Shown: one piece after another, positions 37,085 to 51,224 of the stretch
How positions within the stretch are numbered: the stretch's first letter is position 1
Layout of the letters: every line of letters begins with the position of its first letter
Origin: Eledone cirrhosa
Taxonomy: Eukaryota
Direction: 5' to 3'
DNA length: 64,000 bases
Assembly: GCA_964016885.1 (NCBI GenBank)
Contig: OZ024741.1
Span: 231,260,001-231,324,000 of the forward strand
Made by a program: the position numbers and the translations under genes
The notes under the pieces: generated by a model
The model's input: only the letters and a program-made list of their open reading frames with translations
Database searches by the model: none
What the model was told of the DNA's origin: nothing

Positions 37085-37915
37085 GTATGGGTTTACCGAA
37101 CATTTATTTTAAAGTTCGGTTTGTTTGTAAACAAACAGCCCGAATTAAGCCGTACAGTGTTCGGCAACCATTGTTACCCTTTATTTCAATATTGACAAAG
37201 GAACTAGTTTCTAGCTACTTAGCTGTCATCAGCACGTATACCTTCCTGTCAATCGATTGAACGTTTGAAAGTATATACTTACCTAATGGATATTAACGGC
37301 TGAGCAGCCTAATTTGCATATCGAGTCAGTTAGTCGGCCGAGCGTACCGAAAAGGATAAATGGAAAAATGAAATTTTATTTCTCACTCTTAGTACAACTG
37401 ATACTTTAATATAAGTATGTATACGTACATACATATATGTATACATACGTACAGTAGTATATATATACATACATACATGCACACATATATATATGTACGT
37501 ATGGGTTTATTATAATGTTCGGTTTGTTTGTAAAGAAACATTTATCGTTTTCGGTACGTCTGGCCAACTAACTCACTCGATATGTAAATTAGGCTGCTCA
37601 GCCGTTAATATGCATAAGGAAAGTATATTCTTTCTAACGTTCAATCGATTGACAGGAAGGTATACGGTACTGATGACAGCTAAGAAGCTAGAAACTAGTT
37701 CATCGTTCCTTTGTCAGTATTGAACAAAAGGGCAACGATGGTTGCCGAACAATGTACGGCTTAATTCGGGATGTTTGTTTACAAACAAACTGAACATTAT
37801 AATAAATGTTCGGTAGACCCATACGTATATATATATGTGTGTGTGCATGTATGTTTGTATATACATACTACTGTACGTCTCTATACACATATGTATGTAC
37901 GTATACATACTTATA
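36878..37915. repeat. About 480-bp unit present as a direct copy, a partial direct copy and an inverted copy, with hammerhead motifs
   Basis: 36878-37357 repeated from 37358 to about 37535 and inverted at about 37537-37915. Confidence 0.82.
37664..37706 (+). ncRNA. Minimal type I hammerhead ribozyme
   Basis: ACGGUA-CUGAUGA-CAGCU-AAGA-AGCUA-GAAA-CUAG-UU-CAUCGU; second copy at 37202-37238 minus lacks the helix I 3' strand. Confidence 0.72.
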
Positions 37916-37949
37916 TGTATCTATATATATAAGAAAAGGGAAGTAAGTT

Positions 37950-38896
37950 GCTATACAAAACAATAGATAATGAGAAAAGCTGAAGTTGGAAATAGCACGG
38001 GAAATATATTTTAGGGTCTGTTTTTCTTTTTTTTTTTCCTCTCTTTGATTCATGAAAGTGACATTATTGAAAAAATGACGTCATTGAACAAATAATAGGG
38101 ACAATTCTTTTACAAAAGCGTTTTATAATGTATATAAAGTATATAAAGTATATAAAATATTACCGTTTTCGATGTATTCTTAAAATTCATCTTATCAAAC
38201 TTTGAAAAAGAATTAAAAAGAATTAATAAGAATTTGAAAAATTAACGATTATGTGTTGAGGTAAGTTTTTTTTCCATCTTCCTTGCTGAGAAGGGGACTG
38301 GAGAATGAGTTATTGTATATATATAGAGAGGTGTGTAGTCATGATAGTAGCTTCAGTGTTGTTATTTGGGGGGAGGGGGTGAGCATAGGAAATATTCTGG
38401 AAATATGGGTGAGTATATTTGATTCCGTTAATTGATGGTCAAGAATTCAAATGGGGGTGGCGAGGGGGTGGGGATTTGTAAGCTAGAGACAAATTATATT
38501 GCAACTGTAGGGTTGTAAAAGAAACCCTATTATTGGAATATGGTTTTAGGGAGTGTGTGTATAGTGTGATGGTGTATATATTAAAATACACACATGTGTG
38601 TGGGGGCGATGAGGGGGGTTCAGTATGTCTGTCATAGGTCCCTTTTTGTTGGGAAATTAAAAAGAAACAGGGCATAGCATCAATGGTGGCTGTCAATCAG
38701 GAACTTTTGGATAACATGTGAATGAGCAACTTTATCTCTCTTATTTTGTGGTTGTGTGTGTATTTGGGGTTAAAACTTGTAAATACATAGTTTTTCTTTA
38801 TTTATTCTTTGTTGTTGAGTGTAAGAACCGGAGCACCTGTAAACGGGGTAGATTTTAATGTTGGGTAGAGTCATTTCTGCACAATTTGCAATGTGG

Positions 38897-38900
<4 letters not shown>
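37950..38900 (-). mobile_element. 3' tip of a Neptune-like Penelope element
   Basis: SHIANC..IKIYPVY...RINKEKLCIYKF resembles the C-terminus of the 47.6-kb element; weak hammerhead-like motif UUGAUAA..GAAA at about 38130-38205. Confidence 0.5.
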
Positions 38901-38961
<61 letters not shown>

Positions 38962-39271
38962 TATGCGTCTATAGATATTTAGTGTGTTGGAGTGCGAAAA
39001 GTGTGTGTGCTTAAGTCTCAGTTCGCATGTATGTTTAAGTTCGTGCGTGCGAGCAAAATCAGATTATAAGGAATTCTCGGCTTCCTATAATCACATTCAT
39101 GTACACGGTTATATAGCACACGTGTATCACGTAGATGCATCTACTTGATTACATTTGATTGCCACATGTACAGACATCACATACAGATATACAACACACA
39201 TGTATTTTTCAAAACTTTTACCTTAGTTATCTATACCTTAATATTAGACATTGTTCTGTATATATATATAT

Positions 39272-39780
39272 ATAGTTAGGGAAGCAGAAAATTGCATATT
39301 GTAATCCAATTCGTGGTTAAGACATCCAGTTTCGTGGACGGTTTCAACGTACGGTTAGGGGTAACTCCACAAGTTTGTAAAAATCACGTTCAATCTTGGA
39401 GTGTAAAGGATAAAAGAGAAAACACAGGTAAGCATAAAAAAAAAGGATTTTATCCAGGTATTTACGACGGTTTAATTGGTAAGTGCAACCTTATATTACT
39501 ATACTGCTAATAGCAGCCACTCAATTCCTAATTTCTAATTCCTCTTCCTCTCTCTCTATACCAGCAAATACAATTCCAAAAAACGTTTTTCTGTATATAT
39601 TAAGAACTTGTTAAGAGTAACCTATTCACTATTTTGAAAATTTGGACGTGTACAACAATTATTATTGAGTGGCTGCTATTTGCAGTATAGCAATATAAGG
39701 TTGCACTTACCAATGAAACGGTCGAAAATACCTGGATAAAATCCTTTTTTTAATGCTTACCTGTGTTTTCTCTTTTATGC
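39272..39780. repeat. ORF-less inverted pair of the terminal repeat of the element at 51.2-53.8 kb
   Basis: 39272-39625 matches 51225-51600; 39665-39778 is reverse-complementary to 39410-39525. Confidence 0.85.
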
Positions 39781-40079
39781 TATATATATATATATTATTT
39801 CTTTATGCTACGGCTAGAACAAAACAATGACGATCGTTGTCTATAACACATTGCGTTCTGAGGCTGTTTGCTTGAAAACTATTTGAATGTTAATATTATC
39901 ATTATAATATTATTATGTTTCGATATAAAACTCACTAATGCCTTTACTTATCCGTTATATTAGAGTGTAAATAATGTTGTATATTTATTTTTATTTCGTT
40001 AAAGCTAGGAGTAAAATCGCTAGGTATGCAAATTAGGTTAATCAGCCGCTGTATACTTTAGATAATACTACATATTCTT

Positions 40080-40690
40080 TAGTTATCTAAATCCGCTATT
40101 TTGAAGGGCTTTATTATAGTAGTGGGATGCCTTGTTGAACATAGCTTCTGAGGAAGAGAGGGTGGAGATCCTACGACTAATATTAGGGATAAGGTTTTGA
40201 AAAACTATAGGAGGATGGCAAGAGCCTTTATTTATATATTTTAAATTTTCATTATGTTTATGGTACGGTTTATAAGAAGCAGTAGGCAGATCTAGGTTTA
40301 TATCTTGAAAATTATTCATTGGAAAGGTTAGTCTCAATAGTAATTTTAAGATTAAAACTAGCGAAGGTTTTTATTAAGTCTTCCTTAATCTATCTAAGTT
40401 ATGGCCTATGGTGGTATGGGAAAGTATTAGACCATCGTCGCGGTAAAGCCTAAAAATATGGTTGGGAATTTCTCTTTAAGTGTGTGTAGGAGGAATTGCC
40501 CGACTAAATCACAAACATCAGCACTGTCAAAAGAACCCATTGAGACATGGAATGGGTTCTCTGGGTTAGATATTTTTTACCCAAGTGTCATTCTTGCATG
40601 CTAGAAACACTCTACTTTTTACTAATAATGACACTTGGGTAAAAATATATAACCCAGAGAACCCATTTGTTGTCTCAATTGGTTCTTCAG
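40080..40690 (-). mobile_element. Penelope-like RT fragment with a local inverted duplication
   Basis: MGSFDSADVCDLVG, YRDDG, NLKYINKGSCHPP. Confidence 0.8.
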
Positions 40691-40915
40691 ATACTTATCC
40701 TCCATAAACTCTTGTTCTTCACTTCCCTTAAATGATCCTCTTTACAGACTTCTCTTTCTGATTTACTTTCATTTTTCACTTTATTTTTAATATTACTTTC
40801 ATTTTTACTTCACATCCACCAGTGATCCCCTCCCCCCTTCTACTTTTTGATTCACTCACTAATACCTTCACATTCCACATTTTACTTCCCCATTTTCTTT
40901 CACTACCTGATAACA

Positions 40916-40948
<33 letters not shown>

Positions 40949-41616
40949 GCGCCTCGTGTGTATGTATGTGTATGTACGCATGCATGCGCTTTTGTCTGTA
41001 CGTATTTATATGTATATATATTTATATATATATATATAAATGTGTGTACGTGCGTACCTATGTTTGTTTTCTTTTTTCTAGTGTTAATTGAAAACCCTCC
41101 CTCTTACTTTCTCTTTGATTAAAAAAAATTGTTTCATTCTCATATATTGTTTCATTTTTATACATATATCGAGAATGACACTTCCTTTTACTATTGCACT
41201 CCCTTCACTCTTTATCTTCCGCATATAAGTGACCGCGTGTGTGTGCGTGTTTATACGCGTGCTTTCAAAATTGTATGTGTATATATTTAATACCTATATC
41301 TGGATGTGTCTTAACTATATTATCTTACAATTTCTTTTTCAACTCATATTATATACGTATTTGTGGTCACACATACACAAATATACGTGTCCTCATATAT
41401 GTACTTACGCACACATTTCCACCATACACATGCATTTATACATACACACATATGTACATTTGTGAGTGTATATACATACATATAGACATATCCTAAATAT
41501 ATTTCCTTATTTTTTTAATATATATCTTGCATTAATTGTATTTATATATTTTGTTTTGCCCGTTAAACTCTTGCCTTTCTTGAGGAGATTTTTCAAATAT
41601 TTTACTATGTTTTAAA

Positions 41617-41690
41617 TTGCCTTGTGTGATTAACGAATTAGGACATTTTTCGTATTCGTCTTATTCGGGAAACCTCTGGTAATGAGGTAA
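41617..41690 (+). ncRNA. Degenerate hammerhead motif
   Basis: 9-bp helix I UUGCCUUGU/AUGAGGUAA, helix II, GAAACCUCUGGUA as at 33125, but core GUGAUUA. Confidence 0.5.
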
Positions 41691-41802
41691 TTATATTGTA
41701 TTGTTTATTATACATTAAATTTAGCTCTGGTACTTACATAGAGCACTCTTCACTCCTACGACTTTTTCAATTTTCAACGGAAACTTCAATACTTATATAT
41801 AT

Positions 41803-41871
<69 letters not shown>

Positions 41872-41919
41872 TGTGCGTGTGTGTGTGCGTGTGTGGGTGA
41901 GTCGATTTCCCTTTTAAAC

Positions 41920-42900
41920 ATGTATTGTACAAGCTATTGACACCTCAATAACACACAGGCACAGCTCACGTGCAGATATCATCAGTCACATCTTCCTATC
42001 ATATCACACGCTAAGCAGAAACCTAGACACTCGACATTAATGTTTTAACCGCTCCAATCTCTAACTATATCAGTCTCTGATATATATCTCCTCCACAAAC
42101 TGATGCATCAACAAAACCCAAGTACTACTGCAATATCATCCTAAATATTATATCTCTCACATTCAGTCCTCATAAATGTATTAAATCATTAGAATCTACT
42201 ACAAAACTAACTAGCAAATAACACTGCGTCGATGTGGTCAATTGATTGAGTAGAAGTAGCAGCCAATGCTTTCACAAAAAGCACTCTCCATATTATAACA
42301 ATTGTTTTAGATATACTTCATTTGAGAAATGAGAATACCTTGGAAAATAGGTCTGTTTCAAGGGCTGATATTAAATAGCAAGCAGTAATCACTACAACAC
42401 CATCCTCAAAACACATTTGTTATTGCACTATGTACACTGGAGCTAGTGATATGAACCTAACAATTCGAAACCACATGGGCCTCTAGAAACTTACTAAGTG
42501 GAAGGGCTGTCCAGGATTCCGTCTACTATTTTGCTGTTGACTTCGCCCAACATGTTTCAAATTAATATATGATGATATATTAAAATAGAAGGGACACAGA
42601 TAATTTAGTCCTACATGCATTGTCCAAACAATGGAAGAACGGTTATGTTAGGAAGAAATTTACTCATAAGGCTGCTTAAGTTTCAATAATCTAAGGATAA
42701 ACAAGAACCACATTAGACCCAACCATTGTAAGATCTCATGACTAATATTAATTTCAGAGGAATAATAATTATCACGAATTCAATGACGAGAGATTCTCCT
42801 CGTGTTCACTGCTAAAACAACAACAAGCATACAGCCTGGACTGTAAACCCTACATTTCATATGTCTGTGACAAGCACCCCACTTATATAGCTAAATCATA
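41920..42900 (+). mobile_element. Possible highly decayed LINE RT 3' fragment
   Basis: Only faint residual motifs (EYLG-like); no ORF. Confidence 0.3.
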
Positions 42901-43125
42901 CTTTAATATTCTACCAAATATCCAATATAGTTCTTCTCGGTCAGGACTAACTGTAAGTTAAGCCATAATAACACCAAAAGCAAGTAATTGCAATCATAAT
43001 TTAATCATTGACATAATTCCCCTTAGAATATGTGTGTTATTTTTTACTTTCATGTAATAATTACAGTGTTTGCTATTTTTTCTGTTTACAGGTCTAATGG
43101 ATATTAAATTTGCTTTTTTCTTCAG

Positions 43126-43260
43126 AATGTAAGCTGCGAACATTTGGTAGCTCTTGTAGAGGGAAATGTAACTGTCTAAATAACGCCGTCTGCAACCCAG
43201 TCACTGGAATATGCCCAGGTGGATGCCCAATTGGCTATACAACAGACACTTGTCAGACAG
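43126..43260 (+). CDS. Internal exon of the same host gene: second 8-Cys EGF-like repeat
   Basis: Polypyrimidine-ttcag acceptor, gtttgt donor, 135 bp, phase 1-1; CKLRTFGSSCRGKCNCLNNAVCNPVTGICPGGCPIGYTTDTCQT. Confidence 0.88.
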
Positions 43261-44029
43261 GTTTGTAAATTTTGTTTCCATTTGCTAGGATTGGATACAA
43301 AAAATATTGTTCTTTATAGATATGTTTACTAAGAAGCTGAAGTTAACATACTGTACAAATAGGGCGAGAAAAACGTGAACTTCAATTATCCCGACAAAGA
43401 GTAGTAACAGGGAAGACAACACCATTTACTAACAAGGGACACAATTGTGTGTACTAAGAAAAGTGTCAACGTGTAACAACAAGTGTGGCAACAGCAAAGT
43501 GTTGCGTGGATGAGGGAAACCCAATTGCTTAAAACAGTTGTCAGATATACACATTTTCATAAATTAAACGTCGTTTCTCCCTTTACATTGATTTACGATG
43601 TCTGACCTGCTACGAATGTCCATTCATTAAGTTCTGGGTTCCAGCTTCCTTCGCGGAAATTACGCGAAGTGTCTCCCAACATGACTAAGGTTGGTTCATG
43701 TTTGCAGAATAAGACATAAAGTGTGTGGGAGCTCATAGATGAACTGTATATTTAATTGTAAGAAGCAGCCTTTTACATATTCCACCACACTTGATTCTGA
43801 ACATTTGTTTTGTCGTATATACAAATATATAGCCGTAATTCAATGAATTTATTTACGTATAAATATTTCTTGAATGGATTTCTGAATTTCTGTTGAACCA
43901 TTTGAGGAATATACATATTCAACACTTGAAAGTTAGGCTAGGTAATTAAAATTACATTAACAAATTCATTGTTAGGTCAGCGGTCGAGCCGGATTGTAGA
44001 GAAGTCAAAATGAAAACAGACCATCACTA

Positions 44030-44220
44030 TTAGCAATATCGGTAGAGGATCGGAAGCCATGCTTTGCTTTGCAGCAAAGAGTTACGGTCCTTTATGGTCT
44101 GAGTTCAAACTCCGCCGAGGTTAACTTTTCCTTTCATCCTTACGGGGTCGATAAAATAAAGTACCAGTAATACATTGGAATAATTGCTGGCCTTGTGCCA
44201 AAAGTAGAAACAACTATTAG
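44030..44220 (+). mobile_element. SINE family 1
   Basis: Family match with B-box GAGTTCAAAC. Confidence 0.85.
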
Positions 44221-44445
44221 AACAATATTTAAACGAGGAAGACAACGATAATGAAAGGAAGGTAAAATACACCGATTCTCCATTATTAGGGCGATATAAT
44301 TTCGGAGAATGTAATAAAGATAAAATGTGCTACGCACATATTGAAACAATGTGTAAGAGATAGTAATAAAGACAAATGTTTGGGGGATAAGTGAAAGAAA
44401 TGGGGAGAGATATGTATATAGATATATATTCATTGCCTCTCTCTA

Positions 44446-44540
<95 letters not shown>

Positions 44541-44569
44541 AGAGAGAGATAGAGAGAGAGAGAGACGTA

Positions 44570-45300
44570 ATGAATTTACTAATAGCAGTTGCAAATCGAC
44601 CTCTGACAGGTAGGTATTGTGATGTGCTAAATTCAAGAGTTCAAACACTTCAATCCTTTAACGACTGCTGTCAATAATTTCTTACTTCAAACATTTATTT
44701 CTACAACCGTTCAAATGGATCTAAAATTAAAATTCTTAGATATTTCCTCTAATCATAAAGAAGTTCCGAAATACTTGGATTGTTTCGACTTTAGGATAGA
44801 CGCATGGGTAAACCTTTAATAAAAGGCTACCAAGGGTCCTTTCCTAACTGCATTTTGAAATTAATCATTTCCCCTGGTCGAGACATTTATCATCCCGAAA
44901 GATTTCAAGTCAACGCCCTTAACAGAAATACAGGAAGCTCTTCACAACTATTTCAAACCGGAAAAGTTTCAAACAATGAGAATGCGGAATTTAACTCATA
45001 GGGCTTGATGATTCTGAATCCTTCCGTCAATTCATGTTGAAATTACAACACCAGGCAATCCATTATGAATTCGTATCGTCCTGTAGTCGGAATTAACGAA
45101 AGGTTTGATCGGACAAAATACTTCTCTGGGAAAATCCAACATTTCAAGACTTGTCTACAGACTGTGGGAAGGTCGAGGATGTGCACAAATTCGTCTGCAA
45201 GCCAGCCGTCTTATTTCAAAAGAATCGATAGGGAGGTCAGATCTCAATGAGAAAGAGACTGGACAAGCCAACTCGATACATACGAATAAATGAAGTTGTT
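44570..45300 (+). mobile_element. Possible decayed Gypsy-type gag fragment
   Basis: Frameshifted peptide resembling YFKP...EFN....ESFRQFMLKLQHQA. Confidence 0.4.
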
Positions 45301-45689
45301 CTTTAAATTCTTGTTCTTAAACACTTAAGATAAGAAAATAATTTCCGTATCGCTCTGTATAATCAGTTCCTGATTATTACTGGAAATCTATAAGAATCCA
45401 ACATTCATAATGTTCAACAAACAAAGAGAGTGCTAAGCTCTGAGGAATACCAACAGTATGGAACAGAGATCTGTCAGCTTATCTCCCTTTGTTTGTTGAA
45501 AAAAGAAGTAAGTGACAGAGTCACTACTTTACAACAATAGCGTAAAGTCTCGAAAATGCTTTTAATTAAGCATAGTGTATTACCAAATACACTATATATA
45601 CATTCATATATACATCACTATTTCAGAGCACCAATTCTAATTTTATATATATATATATTGTTATACTTGGGGAGCACATCTGTGACATA

Positions 45690-45885
45690 ATCAGTGTGAA
45701 TTGGCAGTATCGGTAGAAGGTCGGACGCCATGCTTTCCAGCATAGTTACGTCCCTTTACGGTCTGAGTTCAAATCGCGTCGAGGTTAACTTTGCCTTTCA
45801 TCCTTACGGGGTAGATAAAATAAAGTACCAGTAATACACTGAGTAATTGCTGGCCTTGTGCCAAAAGTAGGAACCATTATTATTT
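45690..45885 (+). mobile_element. SINE family 1
   Basis: Family match with ATT tail. Confidence 0.88.
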
Positions 45886-46209
45886 CCTCCCGTTTATTTT
45901 TATTTATTTATTTTTTTATTTCTTCTTGTCTCTGTCTCTGCGCATGCGTTTGCGTGTATGTTTAATGTTTGGTGTGTTTGTTCGGGTTTCACTGGATGTG
46001 TTTATATTTTTGTATTCTATCTTTGTTCACTAATGTGTGTTTATATGTGTTTGTTATTATTGCACTTGTGTATATATTTATTTATATAATTATTTATTTA
46101 TATTTCCCTTAGGTCAATATTTTTGTTTGGGTATGTTGTTGTTGTTATACTATTCGTCCTTTATGTTTAACTTTGGTTTTCTTAGTTCTATCTCAATGGT
46201 TTCTCTGAT

Positions 46210-46750
46210 TTCCCTACCTGTTGAGTAATTTCTATGATAAGATATTATTTTAATTTCTATGTTGTCTATATTGCAACCATGCCTTTGACTGGCGTGTTTA
46301 AATAGTACTGAACCGTTTTTCTGTTGTCCTTTAAATGCCCCCTAGGGTTGGTCTATTCTTTCTTCTATGCTTCGAGCTGTCTCACCTATGTATGACGTTG
46401 TCATATTTCTGCAAGTACCCTTTGTACATCTTATGCTAAAGACTACATTTCTAATTTTACAATGTATCTGGGTTTTCATTCTACATATAATACATTTCTT
46501 ATTCTTAGAGTGGGTTTACTTAAAAGGAGATGTCTTGTGGATCAGGGATTGTATGGTAGTTTCAGGCTTTTCTACCACATTAAACTGTATATGCGTCTTT
46601 GTTTGTGTCTTTCTACATTGCTTAGATAATTTACCTCCAGGAGTAGCATCCACGAACATGACACTCTGGTGTCTCTGGTTGTTGTAACATGAAGTGACTT
46701 TCCCTAACTTAAGGTTATTGCCATCTAAGCCATTCCATGTTTTGCTCCTG
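46210..46750 (-). mobile_element. GIY-YIG fragment of another Penelope-like family
   Basis: Minus strand reads NVVFSIRCTKGTC..SYIGETARSIEERI. Confidence 0.65.
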
Positions 46751-46898
46751 CGAATATTCCTTTCATGTCTATTTCTATGAGGGTGTTATATTTATCAGTG
46801 ATTCCTTTGAATACTCCGATTTAAATATATATAATAATTCAACAAAGAAGAGTGACATGGTTCGCTATACAATAAGGGCTTTAATAACCTGTTATCCC

Positions 46899-46983
<85 letters not shown>

Positions 46984-46984
46984 T

Positions 46985-49900
46985 AAAGGAATTCCAACTT
47001 TGTCTGATTTACTCGTTTTATTTACAATCCTTTAAAATTTATAATGGTATTAGAATGAAATAGTATGGTAGAATATTAAATGTTAAGTGTTAATTGAACA
47101 AGTACTTTCATGCTTTCGCAATATTCAGGTTCATAATGTGGGGTGACAGTTAAGTTTGCAATTTTCAACTGTAATGAGATGGATAAATTGTGTGCCTTAT
47201 ATACAGTGAAAAGTGGCTCCAGAATGCTAAATCTTGCAAACTGTATTTCAACCAATCGTAGTGTAGTTTCACTGGATTACTAAACCTGATTGGTTTAGGC
47301 GTCACGGTTGGTTGAACATGTCTAACGACTACTAATTGAACATATCCAAAGCATCAACTGTTTTGCTATTTTTAGAAATGATGAAAATAGCATTTTCTAG
47401 TAATCATCACCATCAACATCACTTTTATTATTATTATTATTGTTGTTGTTGTTACTAGTGGTCGTAGTCGACATGGTCGTAGTCATAGTCATAGAAGGAA
47501 TAATCCCCCATTATTATTGATCATTAAGCTTGGGTTTGAATTTATCAATTAAATTATTTTCTTTGATTTTTCTCTAGATTTCACTTGAGCTGTGTAATTT
47601 TTAGAATGGGAATATTATAAATATTCCCTGACCAAATGTTGCTAGATGGTTATTTAGGGGTATCTGACGGATATTTGTGTCTCTGATTTGCTGTCGGTGT
47701 ACCCGTGCACGTTCCGATAGTGCATTTCCAGTTTGACCGACATATAGTTCTTCACAATTCGGGCATTTAATGCAGTAAATTAGATTTCTGCTTTTGCAGT
47801 TCATATTGGCATTTGGGAATATTTTTCCAGTTTTTGTTTTCATATATTGACCGGCGTGTATGGATTGAGATGTGCCACATCGACTATCATTGCATTTAGA
47901 TACAGTGAATGATTGGTATTTGTTGTTAAGGTCAAATTTTGCTTTTGTTAGTAATTGCTTCAAATGTTTCGACTGTCTTTTACTAAGAGTCAAAGCTCGG
48001 TCTGTGATTAAACTTTTTAATTCATTACTTTGAGCAATGATCGGTAGGTTTGCTTTGGCAGTGTTGAAGATATTCTGGTGACATGGGTTGTGTGTCATTA
48101 TAAATGGTATGACCAGTTCTTGGTTTCTTCTTCCTTGGGTTGTCCTAAGTTGTTGTATAGGTATTTTTATAGCCCGCTGTATGCCATTTTCTGTAAGTAG
48201 AGATGGGTATATTTGTTTGAGCAAAAATTCTCTTAGTTCTGTTAGGCGTTTGTACCTCGTATTCGTATCTTCTACAATTGTACAAATTCTTCTGGCTAGG
48301 CAGTATGGGATGTTGCGTTTTGTATGAGGTGGATGGCACGACTTAAAATTCAGATATTGAAGGGTGTCTGTGTGTTTATAATATATATCCGTGGTAATGG
48401 TGGTGTCGTTTTTTATTATCATTATATCTACGAATGGTAATTTGGTCCTACTCATCTCTTTTGTGAATTGGAGAGATGGGTGTAGGTTATTCAGGAGGAT
48501 ATTGAACTCATCCAGAGTATCTAGAGATTCTGTCCAGATGATGAAACAGTCTTCAAGGTATCTCTTCCAAGATTTTTCAATGTACTTTCTAAAGTCAGTA
48601 CTATATTTTTCCTCTATTTCTTGGTAGAGTTGTTGTTCTATGTATCCCATTACAGAGTTCGCGTAAACGGGAGTAAACTTAGTTCCCATCGCTCAATTTG
48701 GATGTAATTCTTTCCATTGAAGAAGAAAGTGTTGTTTTCCAGAATAAGTTTAACTGCGTCTAATATAAATGGCGCTGTGAATCTGATGGAAATCACTTGT
48801 CTATGTTTTTCCACGCAGTATTTAACCACCTTTATTCTTAAATCATGTGTAATGTTGGTGTAAAGGCTTACCACATCAAAACTAAGTAGAAGTGAATTCG
48901 TTTCCGTGGTTTTGGGAAGATGGGACAGGAAGTCGATATCATCCTGGATGAAACTGGGTATGTGAATACATAGTGGTTTCAAAATAATGTCAACAAAATT
49001 TCTTAGACGGTGGGTGGGGCGTGTTGGACCACCTATAATAGGTCTAAGTTTTAAGTCTTTTGGGTGTAGTAATTTAATGTACTCACTGTTTTGTTTTCTT
49101 ACTGCCCGTTGTATTTCTTTTGAGTTATGAACTTTCGGTAGGCCATACAGTTTGCTGGGTTTTGGCTCAAAACTGGTGATGTAGTCTCTTTCCTTATCAG
49201 TAAATGAGTTGTGGTATTTTGAAGCCAGGTTGTTGATCTTCTTCATGATGTTGTGGTCTATATTTGACGGTATTTCATGATAGAATGTTGTGTCTTTCAG
49301 TTGTTCCTCAACCAAATCCGTGTAGTATTCAGCATCATTTATAACAACTTAACCCTCTTTATCTGCTTGTTTAATTATTATTGTTTTATCATTTTGTATA
49401 CGTTTAAGTGCAGACATTTCAGATTTGTTAATGTTTGGCCTCACATTAGTATTACGTCTAAGAGGAAATTTAGACAGGATGTCGAGATAGATATTTCTTC
49501 CTTTTGGCGGAGTGAAATTTGATTTATTCTTTACTAGTGATTCATCACTCTCATTACTTTTATCAGCAAAGAATTCTACAAGACGTAATTTTCGACAGAA
49601 TTCTTGGGTATCCTCCTTCAGTTCTTGGTAGTTGACTGTTGGAGGCGGTATGAATTTCAGTCCTTTTGACAGAATTTGCATTTCATCATTGTCAAGATCT
49701 CTTTCGGATAAATTAATTATTTTAGGATCTACGTGTACAGTTGTTTTGGCTATGTTTCCTCCTGGAGTTTTTCTTTTTCCGGTTGTTGTTGTCCTGACAT
49801 TAAAAAATGGATTTTTCTCTGTTCAGGATTTATATTCGTGTTGGTGTTTGCTTGATGAACTTTTGGTCGTGATATCATATTTGGTTTCGTAATGTATTTT

Positions 49901-50920
49901 GTCCTCTTTTTGGTATTATGTATATTATTTTTCCATTTCTTGTTAGCATTATTTTTAACAATCTGGGAAAATGATCTAGGTTTGCTTTCAGGTTTAGATC
50001 GTTTTTTCGCCCAGTTTCTTGAGGGTAATCCCTGTTGAGATCTTGAGAGTGATGTGGTTATTCTACGTTTTGTTTCCCCGTTCCTTGTGGGTAGTCTCTG
50101 TTGAGATCTTGAGAATGATCTCCTGGTTTTACTACTTCTCATGGTCTGGTGAAAGGAATATCTATCGTGTTTGTGCTTTTTGTTCATGTTGTGTGCGATA
50201 GGGTGTTTTTGTAGAAAAAGCGAAGAGTTCTTACCGTAGTTCTTCTTTGATTAAAGGTTAGGTGAGTGTTTGTGTTGGCACGTGTTCTGGCGTATGTTGT
50301 GTTGGTAAGATTGTCCACTTTTAATGCTTTTTCTCACGGTTCCAGAGTCTTTACCGTAATTTGCAGCATATTCGTCGAGAAATAATTGTTTCTGCTGCCA
50401 TACCTTTCTTGATTTGTTTTCTGCTTTTGAGATATCTCTGATCCATAGTTCTCGTAGTTTTTCAGCTATAATACCAGTCGTTAACTTTGAAACTTCAACT
50501 TCAATTTGGTCATCGCTAGCTTCATATTTGGCTTTGTAGCGGGATTGTTTACATTGAGAAATGGAGATGTCGGTCCTGAATTTTGTCAATGTAAGTTCCC
50601 ATCGGAGTTTTGTTTCTTCTTCTGGTTCTCCTGCAATTTCTGTAATTAGGTATTTACGAGGGACTAAGGGTACCGTTAGAGAGAGCCATTTCGAATGTGT
50701 TTCTACATATTTTTCGATTTGTATGCTTTCCAGAAGATTTGTTTTCTTATGTTAAGAAATGTTTTCCATGTCTTCCACATTTCTTTTCTTATTCGATGTG
50801 TTTTGTTTTCCAAATTTCTTTCGTTTAGTTCTGATATCCAAGGGGGTTGTGGTAGGCTTTCTCTTGTATCTTTGATAACTGTTGGTATAATTTCAGCTAA
50901 ATTCTTAATTTCAGAGTTTA
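46985..50920 (-). mobile_element. Neptune-like Penelope element, near complete, ORF disrupted, bounded by (TA)n
   Basis: LSKGLKFIP, KQADK, YGLPKVH, RPII, FDVVSLYTNI, MGT, RYLED, SCHP, linker CNDSRC, LIYCIKCPNC..YVGQT. Confidence 0.92.
47095..47133 (-). ncRNA. Minimal hammerhead-like motif with collapsed helix II
   Basis: UGAAC-CUGAAUA-UUGC-GAAAGCAUGAAAGUAC-UU-GUUCA in the 3' UTR of the Neptune-like element. Confidence 0.5.
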
Positions 50921-50953
50921 TATGTATATATATATATTTAATATATATATATA

Positions 50954-51040
<87 letters not shown>

Positions 51041-51224
51041 ATAATCTGAGTTTTCGAATATTAATAACATTCGATTCGTTTGCAATCATGCAAGCGAGAA
51101 TGTATTTTATAGTCATGTCAGTAGTATGAATACTTGATTCTTGCTCTCATGTTGGCATGCGAACAGAATTGCAAACACTAATTTTCTTTTTTCTATATAT
51201 ATATTTAAATATATATATATATGT

